Of a DNA stretch of 64,000 bases, positions 23,163 through 35,957 are shown piece after piece; position 1 is the first letter of the stretch; each line of letters begins with the position of its first letter. The notes beneath the pieces are model-generated. The model did not search any database. It worked only from the letters and a program-made list of their open reading frames with translations, and was not told the DNA's origin. Source of the stretch: Eledone cirrhosa (Eukaryota); contig OZ024755.1 in NCBI GenBank assembly GCA_964016885.1, positions 27,900,001 to 27,964,000 on the forward strand, written 5' to 3'. Both the position numbers and the translations under genes were made by a program.

Positions 23163-24733
23163 TATATTATTATACTTTGGGAGGGTCATGTTTCCAATAA
23201 GAAACGCACGCACCAGTTGCTTTCACTTCAATTTATTATAAATTAAATTATAAATTTAAAAATTAATACATTTCCGGTTGGTTGGTTGGTTCCACAACCG
23301 GATGGTTGTTCATATATTGTCAAAGTTCTTTCGTCACACATTCTGTAACCTCTTTAGTGACTGGGGATTCTTTTCTTTGTTTTGTGCCTCTCCTTTGTTC
23401 TGTCCTATGCCATCTTGTTTTTGTGTGTGTTGTGTGCTTAGTTTGCGCATGTTACATTCGAGTGTCTGTGTGTGTTTTTATTTGTTTATTTATTTGTTTA
23501 TTTATATGTTACTGGTTGGTGGTTTGTTCTATGTGTGTGTGTTTTCATTTTGTCCTTAATTGTGAGTTGTGATGTTGCTATTCCATTCATGTTTTCTATT
23601 TAATTTTGGTTGGAGTTCATTTATGTTTATTGCCCCTGTGATTTGTCTAAACATTGCGTCTTTTCTGTGTGTAGATTCTATTTTTATTTCTATGTTCTCT
23701 AATTTGCCCTTGTGTTCTATTTTAGCATGTTGGTGGAGTATTGATGAGTCTTTTCTATCTTGGAGTTCTCGCCAGTGTTCATTTAATCGTTCTCTAATGC
23801 TACGAGCTGTCTCACCTATGTACATTATATTCTTATCTTTACATTGTCCCTCAGTACATCTTATGCTATATACTATGTTTCTAGTTTTACATTTAATATG
23901 GGTGCTTAGTTTACAGATTATGCATTTCCCATCTATACAGGGAGGGCTTTGAAAGGGGTATGTATTACTAATAATAATCTATTACTAATTATAATGTATT
24001 ACTAATAATAATAATGACCTCCCTATATGGATAGGAAATGCATAATCTGTAAACTCTTTGAAAGGGGTATGTATTACTAATAATAATGTATTACTAATAA
24101 TAATAATAGCATAAGATGTACTGAGGGTAAATGTAAAGATAAGAATTTAATGTACATAGGTGAGACAGCTCGTAGCATTGGAGAACGATTAAATGAACAC
24201 TGACGAGAACTCCAAGATAGAAAAGACTCATCAGTACTCTACCAACATGCTAAAATAGAACATAAGGGCAAATTAGAGAACATAGAAATAAAAATAGAAT
24301 CTATACACAGAAAAGACGCAATGTTTAGACAAATCACAGAGGCAATAAACATAAATGAACTCCAACCAACTTGTTTTTGTGCCTCTCCTTTGTTCTGTCC
24401 TACGCCATCTTGTTTCTGAGAAACAAGATGGCGTAGGACAGAACAAAGGAGAGGTACACAAACAAAGAAAAGAATCCCCAGTCACTGAAGAGGTCACAGA
24501 ATGTGTGATCAAAGAACTTTGACAATATATAAACAACCATCTGGTTGTGGAACCAACCAACCAACCGGAAATTTATAAATTCCTAAATTTATAAATTTAT
24601 TATAATAAATTGAAGTGAATTGCGACTGGTGTGTGTGTTTCTTATTGGCAACATGACCCTCCCAAAGTATAACAATATCGGTTTCAACACACGTTTTCAG
24701 ATAAAGAATCTTGCTAAACAAATTCAGAAACGA

Positions 24734-24735
<2 letters not shown>
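23163..24735. mobile_element. Penelope-like element remnant in inverted arrangement: GIY-YIG endonuclease C-terminus plus pLTR
   Basis: Minus ORF 23556-23825 YIGETARSIRERLNEH...ILHQH...INELQPKLN; plus-strand copy 24110-24680; decayed hammerhead gtca-CTGAAGA-ggtcaca/tgtgatc-aaa-gaac-tt-tgac near 24481; flanked by (TA)n. Confidence 0.88.
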
Positions 24736-24769
<34 letters not shown>

Positions 24770-25363
24770 CAATATCGGAGAAAGCTTTTTAGCGATACTC
24801 CAGCCAAATTCCAACTCACTCAACAAACATTAGGAAATAAGTGATTATATTCCCAATTATGTGTTCGGGGTGCTAACTAAAAGTATTGCGTGGAAAATTG
24901 GCTGTATTATTTCAAATGAGACATATCTAATATATCTCTTCCCAGACGGACGTCTCGTTTCATTATAGGACTCCTACAATTTGGGTGAAATTATACCAAT
25001 TTATGTAGGAGCTTGTATACCATCAATAGATATATATTCAAGTGGGCTCCTATAATTCATCAGTGGGTGCCCCAATAATACTAATATTGATAATCTAACC
25101 AACATCAGCATTTAGCGATAATCACTTTCTGTGCCTGAGGTATCTGTCAGGTAGCCAGTCCAGCAGTTCTGAAAGAAGTGCTCGAACTGATTAAAAAAAT
25201 GAGGAAGTGAATTACCGCCAAAAAAAAAAACAATACATGCGCGTGACAAAGAACTCTGAAAGGAATTCAGGCCACGTGCTAAGAACTCAATTGGAAATTG
25301 AAAAATATCTATGTGTGTACAACATTTGATGACACAGATATTTTCTCGGGCAAAATAACAGAA

Positions 25364-25441
<78 letters not shown>

Positions 25442-25471
25442 GACCCTGCCACGAAGAGTAGATCAAACTGA

Positions 25472-25537
<66 letters not shown>

Positions 25538-25917
25538 TCGCACACACATTGATTTTGTTGGTATGTCTTTTTCTAAGAATTTGTTTGTGGACATATGCGT
25601 GTATAGCTCGAGTCGCAATGCAATTTTTTAAAAATTTCCTGCAAAGGCAGATAATTTAAAGATTTGTACTTTGCAGTAATCTCCCTTTGTAAAATTGTAG
25701 ACTGGATTGTGTGTTATATATCTGGGACTGAATGATCAATAATGTAATAAAAGTATTGTGAAAGGGATTCTCTATAGTCTAATATGTTTGCGGTATTTTA
25801 CAACTAAAACTATATATAGAGATGTCATTCAATTTAGCTGATGTTTGAATGGATGATATCTATTATGTCTGCCGCTCTTTCTAGTCGTTCAGCTGACAAC
25901 GTTAAATCATATTTAAT

Positions 25918-26380
25918 AATTGTTTCTACTTTTGGCACAAGGCCAGCAATTACCCAGTGCATTACCGGTACTTTATTTTATCGACCCCGTAAGGATGAAA
26001 GGCAAAGTTAACCTCGGTGGGATTTGAACTCAGAATGGCAAGGGCCGTAACTCTATGCGTCAAAGCATGGTATCTGACCCTCTACCAACACTGCCAATCA
26101 TAATAATAATTGTTTCTACTTTTGGCACAAGGCCAGCAATTACCCAGTGCATTACCGGTACTTTATTTTATCGACCCCGTAAGCATGAAAGGCAAAGTAA
26201 ACCTCGGTAGGATTTGAACTCAGAATGGCAGGGGCCGTAACTCTATGCTGCAAAGCATGGTATCTGACCCTCTACCAACACTGCCAATCATAATAATAAT
26301 TGTTTCTACTTTTGGCACAAGGCCAGCAATTATCCAGTACATTACTGGTACTTTATTATATCGACCACGTATGGATGAAT
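25918..26380 (-). mobile_element. Three head-to-tail SINE copies (third truncated)
   Basis: Units of about 190 bp starting at about 25918, 26108 and 26298, sharing the variant gcatggtatctgaccctctaccaacactgccaatca. Confidence 0.9.
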
Positions 26381-26623
26381 TTCTACAGATTAATTCTACA
26401 CAGTAATACCTCGAAATGGTTGAAGTTCAGATAAGACAAAACCTTTGTCTGTATATACCTACAAACCCCACTCTCTGCTTAATCTGGCTTAACTTCTGAT
26501 AGAAACCCTTCTCATAGCAATCGGTAGGGTAAATAAGAATATGACAGTAGTGACCTACAGTTCGCATCTTTTGTTATTCCGATGACCTGCGTGAACATGT
26601 TACCTGCAAACATGTGTGTACAA

Positions 26624-26880
26624 TCTATATACTACTAAAACTCTGTGATTGTTTGCTTGCTTGTCTGTAATGTAATACAGCCAAAGGGGCGCATAATGGA
26701 AAACTATTTTGAAAGGAAGTTGACCCTGAAATGGTCCACGGGTTCCCGAGATATGGAGTTTTCTGGGTATCTTCATAGATAGATAGAGAGAAAGAGATAG
26801 TGGTTGCGACAGAGTAGATTGAAAGAGAGACATAGAGAGGGGGAGAGGAGACATAGAGAGGGGAAATGGAAGAGAGTTGG
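26624..26880 (+). mobile_element. Probable Helitron 5' end fragment
   Basis: Starts a|TCtatatactactaaaactc followed by gtttgcttgcttgtctgt, a typical Helitron 5' pattern; no 3' end seen. Confidence 0.4.
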
Positions 26881-26930
26881 TGGTCGTATTTTATATATAT
26901 GTATGTATATATATATATATATATATATAT

Positions 26931-27110
26931 AATTGTTTCTACTTTAGGCACAAGGCCAGCAATTACCCAGTGCATTACTGGTACTTTATTTTATCGACCC
27001 CGTAAGGATGAAAGGCAAAGTTAACCTCGGCGGGATTTGAACTCAGAAGGGACGTAACTATGGTGGAAAGCATGGCGTCTGACCCTCTACCGATACTGCC
27101 AATCCACCGC

Positions 27111-27112
<2 letters not shown>
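26931..27112 (-). mobile_element. tRNA-derived SINE between (TA)n tracts
   Basis: Full consensus match. Confidence 0.88.
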
Positions 27113-27170
<58 letters not shown>

Positions 27171-27799
27171 CGAGTGTGTGCATATATATATGTGTGTGTG
27201 TGTCTATGACCAGTGCATATAGATCAGACACCCATATATATATATATACACACACACTTATATATCTACATGCACACACGATTATATATGGACCTTCCAG
27301 TTTCATTTCACATTATATACATGTCTGTGTATATTTTTATTATTTAAAAATTATTTTGAAGTGAACATGACCCAACCGGTCACGGGTGGTCTAGTTGAAT
27401 ATGGAAACCGAAGCACTAGAAACCATAATGCACCTCATATCCCAAACACTATTGTTAAGATTCGCCTCACAGTAGTTAACAAAAGCTTCCTTAATCCTTT
27501 ACTGAAATCCATATATTCGTGCAATTTGTGGCCACAGTTTTACAGCAAGTTAGGAAACTAGACAGATCCAAGAAGTACACCTATTCTTCTGATATAGCTG
27601 ATAGACCCTTCATTTCATGCCCACGTCCTCCAACCCGCGCAACCATGTCCTCTGACGTCAATATATAAATCCTATGACCGTTAAAGTTGTAATCATTATC
27701 ATCCCAGCTAATGTATTGAGTACCGGACTTAACCGTGATACCCTTTCTATCTTCTTTGCAAAACCTTACTTAATATACACGCATATATATATGTATATA

Positions 27800-27934
<135 letters not shown>

Positions 27935-28973
27935 CTGGTTTTCAAATCAGCTCCACAACATTTTGAAATAACGAACATGATATATAACAGTAATTATATT
28001 AATATCCTACTAAACTGAGATTGGATACAGAAACAAGAACAATAACATTGCAAGTGTCGATAGACCGTCGCTCAACATGCTTCGTGGCATATAGTTACGT
28101 TCCTTTATGTTACGTGTTCAAATCATGCCGAGCATACCTTTTAAGAAGGCCCAATGATTGCAAGCAGCCCTGACTAAAACAAATAGAATACAATCCTGGA
28201 AAGGAACTTAATCCCCTTATAGTGACACTGCTTAGCTTGTCTGGCAAAGAGAATCTGTTCTCATTTTATATGTTATTTGTGAATACAACGTGATAGAGTT
28301 CATTAGCACACATTTTGCAAGCTGTTAGTGAATGCGGCTATATCAGAAAATAATAATTATGTACACCCACTAACGTTGGGAACTAGATTACATAGAACAT
28401 TAAGTGGCTGTCTAGAAAATGTGTTAATATTAAATAAATGTCAGGATTATAATAATGGATATATGTATATATGTAATCTTCAGCCAAGGTGATAGTTAGA
28501 AGAGCTAACAACAGTTAGAGATTAATATAAACATTGGTTTTTAAACCTATCCAGGAAATGTATATATATATATATATATATGTATATATAATAAGGGTTG
28601 ACGGACCCAGCATATTTATCAATGCCAGTACCGGTTGTATCTCAGCGCACTCAATGGGCAATGTAAGATACATTACCAGAGTATACACATAGTTGTGTAT
28701 ATATGTATATATATATATATACCCCTCAGAACTACCCCCCAGAAACGATCGTAAAATAATGAGTTTTACTATGAATTAACCGTTTTTTTTTTGTTTAATT
28801 TCATTGTTTTAATATTTCTATTTTTGACTCTGTATCCAATGAATTATATCGTTGAAAATTTTGTATTTTAAACTTTGCTTCACAACATCTTCTACATACG
28901 GATTACATTGAGTTCTTCATACGGTTTAGACCCTACCATTGATTGGTAGATTTATCTGTATATATATATATAT

Positions 28974-29068
28974 ATATATTGTTATACTTTGGGAGGGTCA
29001 AAGTATAACAATATCGGTTTCAACACACGATTTCAGATAAAGAATCTTGCTAAACAAATTCAGAAACG

Positions 29069-29070
<2 letters not shown>
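28974..29070 (+). mobile_element. Minimal copy of the 23-24.7 kb Penelope end (short inverted arm plus tail)
   Basis: tattgttatactttgggagggtc-aaagtataacaata then a tail almost identical to 24677-24735; within (TA)n. Confidence 0.75.
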
Positions 29071-29128
<58 letters not shown>

Positions 29129-29294
29129 GGAATTTGTAGTTTACTTGAAGCATTGTGTATGGTATATAAAATTTACCAGGGGTTAGTCCCTTTTACTTTC
29201 CTCAGAAGAAGAGATTTTAGTCTCGAAATATTAGGACATATTCCTCCATTTCACATTGTCGTGGCTTTCAAACTCCAAATTATATATATATATG

Positions 29295-29361
<67 letters not shown>

Positions 29362-29383
29362 ATGTATATATATATATAGATAG

Positions 29384-31390
29384 ATATCTTTCTTTATTTG
29401 CCACAGGGGCGTACAAAAATGGGACATGGCGGCGTGGCGGCGGCGGTTTTACATAAAAATCATATAACTTTAACATCAATAAATAACAAACTATATATAA
29501 TAAAATAACATTTGAAGTCCCCAATAGGGGGAGGGGACGTTACTGCAGGGTTGTTTTACACCCCGTGGATAGAACAACCCTCAACACCAGGAACACGTTT
29601 TGTAGGTGTTCCCGTCTTCCCTCTTTTTATCTTCCTCAGCCTACAGGTTTATATACAGAGAAGGCCCATTTACTCGGGCTATTTTCGCCACATTTATCCA
29701 CTTTTACTGGGGTGTAGTACCTCTCTCTCCACACTCACCTTCCTTCTGAAGTGGTACTTAAAGAAGGGGATGAGTTGTTGTCCAGAGAGCAAGGTGTTTG
29801 CCCTCAGTCCTTTTAACCCGTCCACCATATTACCTTTTTCGCCATAGCCACCAGACAGAGGAAAACCGCCTCTCCTTCATTCTTATATGAAGGCGGCGGG
29901 GTGATCCTCACGATGGACTCGGCTGACAACAGGATGCGTCCCACACGTGACAGCAGCTGTTCGACATAATTCCACAGGTCGGTCACCCCTGGGCACTGAA
30001 CAATTGCGTGCAGAACGGTTTCGATGTCCTGTTCGCATCTTGGACAGGTCCTTTTGGCAGGATCTCTGCCAGGGCGTCCGTGCCTGTAGATTTTGTCTCG
30101 AACTGGTAGAGCTCCTCGGTAGCACTGCCAGGCCAGAGACCCCTCGAAGTTATCCATAGGCCCTGGACGGAAAGCCCTCCCGAACAGACTGGTCAGTTCG
30201 TCCTCCTCGATGCCTAGAGTTTCCCCGAGAACGTCGTTGCACTTATCCTCCACTAATCCCCTATAGAATGTCGAAGTGGAGTCTCCGCTGATTGGCGTTT
30301 CCACTTGGTAGAGGGCTGTGAGCGCCTAGAGGCACTCGAGGTGCCAGGCGCCCATTTTCGGTCTCCGCTTGACCCAGGACTGCAGCTCTGTTAGTGAGAC
30401 GAGTTGTGGAAGAGCTTGTCTCACAAACGACAGCCACACCGGTTCGCCGGTCAGGAATACCTGGAGAGGGCGTAGCCTCAGCGCGTGTTTGCGCAACATC
30501 AGCCACGGCATGCCCAGCCCTCCGTTAGAAGGGTGTTGACAGCAGATGGATCTCCTCACCAATGAAGACTGTTTTTTCCAGAGGAACTTGAAGAGTAGGC
30601 ATTCCATTTTTTGTGATGTGTTCGCGGGGACAAGGAACGACTGTCAAGCGGTAGTAGATGACGGACGCTATGTAAGTGTTCACCACCTTCGCTCGACCTT
30701 TCAAGGAGAGTTTGCACTCAGCCCACTTCTGGGTGAGTGCAAACACCTTCGCCGTGACCTCGTTCCAGTCCTTGTCCACCTGGAGGTCTGGACCAAACCA
30801 GACCTCGAGCAATTTCACCGGTCCTTCCGTCCAGCGTCCAACGACACTGTCGGAAGGCATGGGTTTGCCTCTCCAAGTGCCGAGTTGCAAACCGACAGAC
30901 TTGTTTGGGTTTAGTCTTGCTCCTGTCAACGTTTCGTATTCCTGTAATAGGTTGCCGATTACCCCAATGTCCGAGGTTTTCGACACCATTACGGTTACGT
31001 CGTCGACATAGGCCGACGCTGCTTTCCGCAGTCCTGGTTCGATCGGGATGCCCTGCAATAGCTTCAACTTCCGCAGTAATGGCTCGAGAGTCAGTACTTA
31101 CAGAATGGAGGAGAGAAGGCATCCCTGACGGATGGAACGCATGATTTCGAATGGCTCCGATAGGTAGCCATTCACCTTGACTGCCGAGCAGATGCTGGTG
31201 TGCATGGCAGCGATCCAGCCTCTGAAGATGGGACCGAAGCCTGCCGCCTTGAGAACAGCTTTCAAGTATTGATGGTCGACCCTATCAAATGCCTTAGTCT
31301 GATCTAAATTGATCAGAGCCCCACCGAAGCCAGGTTTACACTCTACCCTCTCTATGATGTATCGCATGAGGTGGAGGTTGTCGTGTATTG
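29384..31390 (-). mobile_element. L1/Tx1-type non-LTR retrotransposon, 3' portion, disrupted
   Basis: Minus frames LDQTKAFDRVDH, IRQGCLLS, AYVDDV, GGLGMP and CCHC-type CPRC..ETVLHAIVQC; 3' end gtggcaaataaagaaag into (TA)n. Confidence 0.9.
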
Positions 31391-31629
31391 AAAAATATGA
31401 CGTCGGCGTGGAGAGAATTATGAATTTATTTGCATTGAGATGTTTCTGTGTTTATTATAAATTGTCTACATATGCTGACTACAATATAAATTATTCAATC
31501 TTATGCAAACTTCCCAATATTTTTACATCCTAGGAAATTTTGAGATCTTGAAACACATACCCGTTTTGAATTGATCGCATGCAGTCTCTTTTACGAGTAT
31601 GTCATATAACATTTTATACATCTAATATT

Positions 31630-31790
31630 GTATTTTGTCTGAAGAAGGCATCCTATAACTTAGTATCCCAGAAATATATATAACGAAATAAATAATGATG
31701 CTATAGTGATATATATTCCTTTTATTACTATTATTATCATAATACTCCAGATACATTTAATTGTAGAGTGCTTCGTGTCTGTTATGAACA
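31630..31790 (+). mobile_element. Penelope-type 3' fragment with hammerhead motif (relative of the 34344 family)
   Basis: ttttgt-CTGAAGA-agg...ccca-GAAAT-atat-ATA-acgaaa; tail atactc...gagtgct. Confidence 0.65.
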
Positions 31791-32789
31791 TAACTCTGTT
31801 GATTACATATCAACAAAGTCTCACCTGATTAGATGGAATTTGAAAATGAAATTGAATTAGTAAATGTTTGGCTATTTGACATCCCCTTCACAAAGACATA
31901 TTTAACGTTGCCCCAGCTTAGTCAGCTGGAGAAAATGAATTGCGACGTCTCTGGTACCAAGCTCTATTCGCCATTGCCTTTACCTTGGACAGCATTGGTT
32001 GCATGGAAAGGGATGTCTGGTATGCATGGGCGTCTGCCGCTCTTCCACAATAACACCAGGCTAAGATGTGTGCTTAAGAGGCACAAATATGATGGCCATT
32101 GGTGACAGGAGCAGCTCTTTATCCTTTGTGATCATAGTTAATTATCCCTCTTTTTTTTTTACTCGATTTGCTTGCAAACCCGACTGTCCCTGTCTTTTTG
32201 TATTGTCCCCTATATGTAGGCCCTTGTGGCCAATAAAGAAATAAATATTAAAAGAAGGAAACATATCTGCAGTAGCAGTAACAAAAATATCCTTTAATCT
32301 TGTGGCAGTTGTGACAGCAGCAGAACTGCTGTATCAAGAACAACAGCAATATGAAAGACGAAGAAGTCGCTAATAGCTACACATCTGTAACAAAGGCAGC
32401 ACATCAATCGACTTCTAAAAACTGAAATTTGTTAAAAATAGCCTTAACTTCTTTTACTTTCTAATTCTGTTTCATTATTGTCATAAAGTAATTATTTCGT
32501 GCCGTAACCCTGGTTGAGTAAAGGGTTGACTTTCAGAGGAAAATAAATCTTCTTTGTAATAAACAATGGACAAGAATATAAAACAAAATATTGTTTGAAA
32601 ATCTTCGAAGATAATCATTTTCACTGATTAGCTGTCATTTTATTAGAACGATTTGTAAAAAAAAAAAAAAGAAAAACTATATTACAATCTAACAGTGTTA
32701 ATGTGGATACGTCGCATGAAAATAATGACGTTTCTATTTGATTCAGTTCTGTTTATATGTCCTGGCGAGATAAATATAATTCTCAATAT

Positions 32790-33140
32790 TCTTCGCATAG
32801 AGTTACAGTTCTTTACGTTCTGTGTTCTAATCCCGCCGAGGTGAACTTTGCCTTTCATCCTTACGGGGTCGATAGAATAAAGTACCAGTAACGTATTGGG
32901 GTCGATTTATTTCACTTTCCTCTCCTCCCAAATTACAGGTCTTGTGCTATACTAGAAATCATTATTCTTAAACCTTTATGGCACTTTACGTTGTGTGTTA
33001 AAATCCCACCGGGGTTAATTTTGCCCTTCATCCTTACGGGGTCGATAAAATGAAGCACCAGTAATGCACGGGGGGTAATTGCTGGCTTTGAGCCAAAAGT
33101 AGAAACATTTATTCTTAAAACCTTTAAAACCACACACACA

Positions 33141-33198
<58 letters not shown>

Positions 33199-33600
33199 CA
33201 TACACACACACATTCATACAGGCACAGAGAGAAAGAGTGTGGGGGGGGGGGGAGAAAATGATTGCTGTTATTGTTGGAGTATTTTAGGTTAACTTTGCTT
33301 TTCATCCTTACGGGGTCGATAAAATAAAGTACCAGTAATGTACTGGGTAATTTGCTGGTCTTGTGCCAAATGTAGAAACAATTATTATAATAAATAATCA
33401 TAATTGGGCACAAGGCCAGCAATTTTATTTTGGTGGGGAAAGTCGATTAAATCGACCCCAGTGCATTACTGGTAGTTTATTTTATCGACACCGTAATAAT
33501 AAAGGCAAAGCTATCCTGAGCATGATTTAAACCCAACGTAAAGGGACGTCACTATATGCCACAAAGCATGTTGAGCTACGCTCTGTCGATACTTGCAATG
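32790..33600. mobile_element. Cluster of four partial SINE copies on both strands
   Basis: Core tcatccttacggggtcgata at about 32855, 33028 and 33302; reverse copy 33407-33600. Confidence 0.75.
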
Positions 33601-34130
33601 CTTATAATTCTTGATTCTGTATCCAATCTCAGTTTAGTAGGATATAAATACTCTTGTATATCATGTTCGTTATTTCATCAGCTGTCGCCTGAAATGACTT
33701 ATGACTTTTGAAATTACAGCTTCCAATACATGTACTACATAACAATTTTAGTTTTAAGCACTCACTATTTTTCTTGTTGTTTATATTCATATATTTTGAA
33801 TACTCGAACACACACTTACAGATATACACGCGAACACACACACACACACACAGACCCCCCTTCCCCAACTCTAACACACACAAGCAAGCAAGCAACCACT
33901 CCTTCATATATACGTACAGCTGTAATATCTATATGGTAAAAAGCCTTTAGTTGTAACAATTTTCAGTCATTATGCTCTTGTTTATCATTGAACTTTTTAT
34001 CAAAGAGTTGCATACGTGTGCTAAAATTAAATGTGCAATGTAAAATAGATGTATCTTATGAGACGGTTATAATCTGCCAAGGAAAAATCATTCGCCCCCA
34101 CAAACGGACATCTAAGCACGCACGCACTCC

Positions 34131-34165
<35 letters not shown>

Positions 34166-34167
<2 letters not shown>

Positions 34168-34328
34168 GTTATTCCGGGTTGAATCGGAGGTAACCACAGT
34201 AAGTAAGGTACTCAATACATAGCAGAGTATAAAAGTTTTAATATAGATTAAGTTTTAATAGAGATTCCTGATGATTTCTAATGAATGAAACAGTTCTAGT
34301 CCTGTAGAATCTCATCTATATTAAAACT
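34166..34328. mobile_element. Penelope-type module: tail on minus strand, hammerhead-bearing arm on plus strand
   Basis: Minus tail atactctgctatgtattgagtacc; short inverted overlap agttttaatatagat / atctatattaaaact; flanked by (TA)n. Confidence 0.65.
34261..34313 (+). ncRNA. Type I hammerhead ribozyme motif
   Basis: gagattc-CTGATGA-tttctaatgaat-GAAACAG-ttctagtc-CTGTA-gaatctc; 7-bp stem I, 4-bp stem III, weak stem II. Confidence 0.75.
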
Positions 34329-34343
34329 ATATATATATATATA

Positions 34344-34801
34344 TACAATATTAAATAAATGGAAAACTATATTTATAAAACCATATTTATTTCGTTATAT
34401 ATATTTCGGGGATATCATATTAACAATATGCTATGCCTTCATCAGACAAAATACAATATAAACAGTTTTATAGATAAATATATTCGACATACCGTAATAA
34501 ACATCAACTTCATTTGAAGAGGTTCACTCTAGAGTGAACCTCTTCAAATGAAGTTGATGTTTATTACGGTATGTCGAATATATTTATCTATAAAACTGTT
34601 TATATTGTATTTTGTCTGATGAAGGCATAGCATATTGTTAATATGATATCCCCGAAATATATATAACGAAATAAATATGGTTTTATAAATATAGTTTTCC
34701 ATTTATTTAATATTGTAAATATACTCCAAGTATTTGTCGAGTGCTTTTATATCAGTTATAAATATTTACTAGTTGTAACCCAACAATTTTAAATATAACT
34801 T

Positions 34802-34805
<4 letters not shown>
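34344..34805 (+). mobile_element. Penelope-type foldback module: 374-bp palindrome plus 88-nt tail
   Basis: Palindrome centred at 34530/34531; hammerhead 34610-34671 ttttgt-CTGATGA...GAAAT-atat-ATA-acgaaa mirrored on the minus strand. Confidence 0.85.
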
Positions 34806-34831
<26 letters not shown>

Positions 34832-34835
<4 letters not shown>

Positions 34836-34940
34836 AAAAGAGTCAGGACCCCGACGGCTGAGCTCCGGCCGTTTCGATAGCTAGATCCGAACTTTGGTGC
34901 GTTATGGTCCACCTGGTATCTTCCCACACTTTCTTTGTTA
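34832..34940 (+). mobile_element. Family A module with non-overlapping arm and tail
   Basis: ataggaaaagagtcaggaccccgacggctgagctc joined to actttggtgcgttatggtcc tail. Confidence 0.7.
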
Positions 34941-35470
34941 TATATATATATAACTTGGGGAGGGTCATATTTGTGTAATATTGCCAGAATTAATAACAGA
35001 ACACACTCACTGTTTGGTTGGTTTTCGCTTCTCGCTTCTGTGTCTTTTATATCGGTAATCTAACTTACTCGGTCCTCAATGTTGCCATTGACTGACCGAC
35101 GGTCAAAAATAATACAGATACAATATAGACACAAACACATATATATAGTTTATCATAAATCTTTCGTTGCACATCTGCAACATCGTCAGTGGTGTTATCG
35201 TTTCCTCCTGTTGTATTATATGTCTACGCCATTTTTATTCAGTCTTTCTATATATTTATTTATTTATTTGCTTGTTTGTTTATTTTATTTTGTCTTCTTT
35301 GCGTTAATATGAAAAGAACAACATACACAAAAGTCAACTATATATATGTGTTTGTGTCTATATTGTATCTGTAATATATATATGTAAAAGGTAAACAGAA
35401 ATAACAACACAATGAGTACAGTAAATGGAAGGAATATATTAGTTTAACGCTTGAAATAGCAAGATGAGGG

Positions 35471-35506
35471 TCCTCACGTTTCGGACGCTAGTCCTTCATC
35501 AGAAGA
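35471..35506 (-). ncRNA. Minimal Penelope-type hammerhead motif, probably inactive (G at the cleavage position)
   Basis: Minus: tctt-CTGATGA-a-ggac-tagc-gtcc-GAAACGTG-agga. Confidence 0.6.
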
Positions 35507-35921
35507 AAGAAAAATTGAAGGGTCGTGTGAGGTAGAATTGGAAAAAATGTTTTTAGAGAAAAATACCAGGTACATTCATGTTGCCATCTCTTGGAAAACT
35601 GTTGATGCTGGCATTTTGTGCATGATATACTTTTTGTAGAGAAGTGGATGATGGAGTGCGTCTACATAGAATGGTGAAAAAAAACAAAACAGTTTTGTAT
35701 AAAGAGCCATACTTGTGCGCATGCGTATGCGTGTGTGTCTCTGTGTGTGCGTTATTATACGTGTATATATATATATATATATATTAGAAAGTGAGGTTTT
35801 TTTTACAAAATGAAAAATAACCGAGGTGTCCTACACGAGTGAAAATATAAAGAAAAAAAGATGAAATCGAAAATGCAACTGGAGTCTTATTTAAAAAAAA
35901 AAAAATATATTTATTTGGTTC

Positions 35922-35957
35922 CTTTACCGGTTTCGCAGTTCTTCTGCTTTTCAAAAG
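35922..35957 (-). ncRNA. Minimal hammerhead motif with U3-A8 core variant
   Basis: Minus: ctt-TTGAAAA-gcag-aagaa-ctgc-GAAA-ccgg-TA-aag; stem I only 3 bp. Confidence 0.55.

Noticed and set aside
31833-32105. 90-aa non-repetitive ORF as a host exon
   Set aside because: No recognisable domain or convincing splice context; small host exons elsewhere cannot be excluded without RNA data
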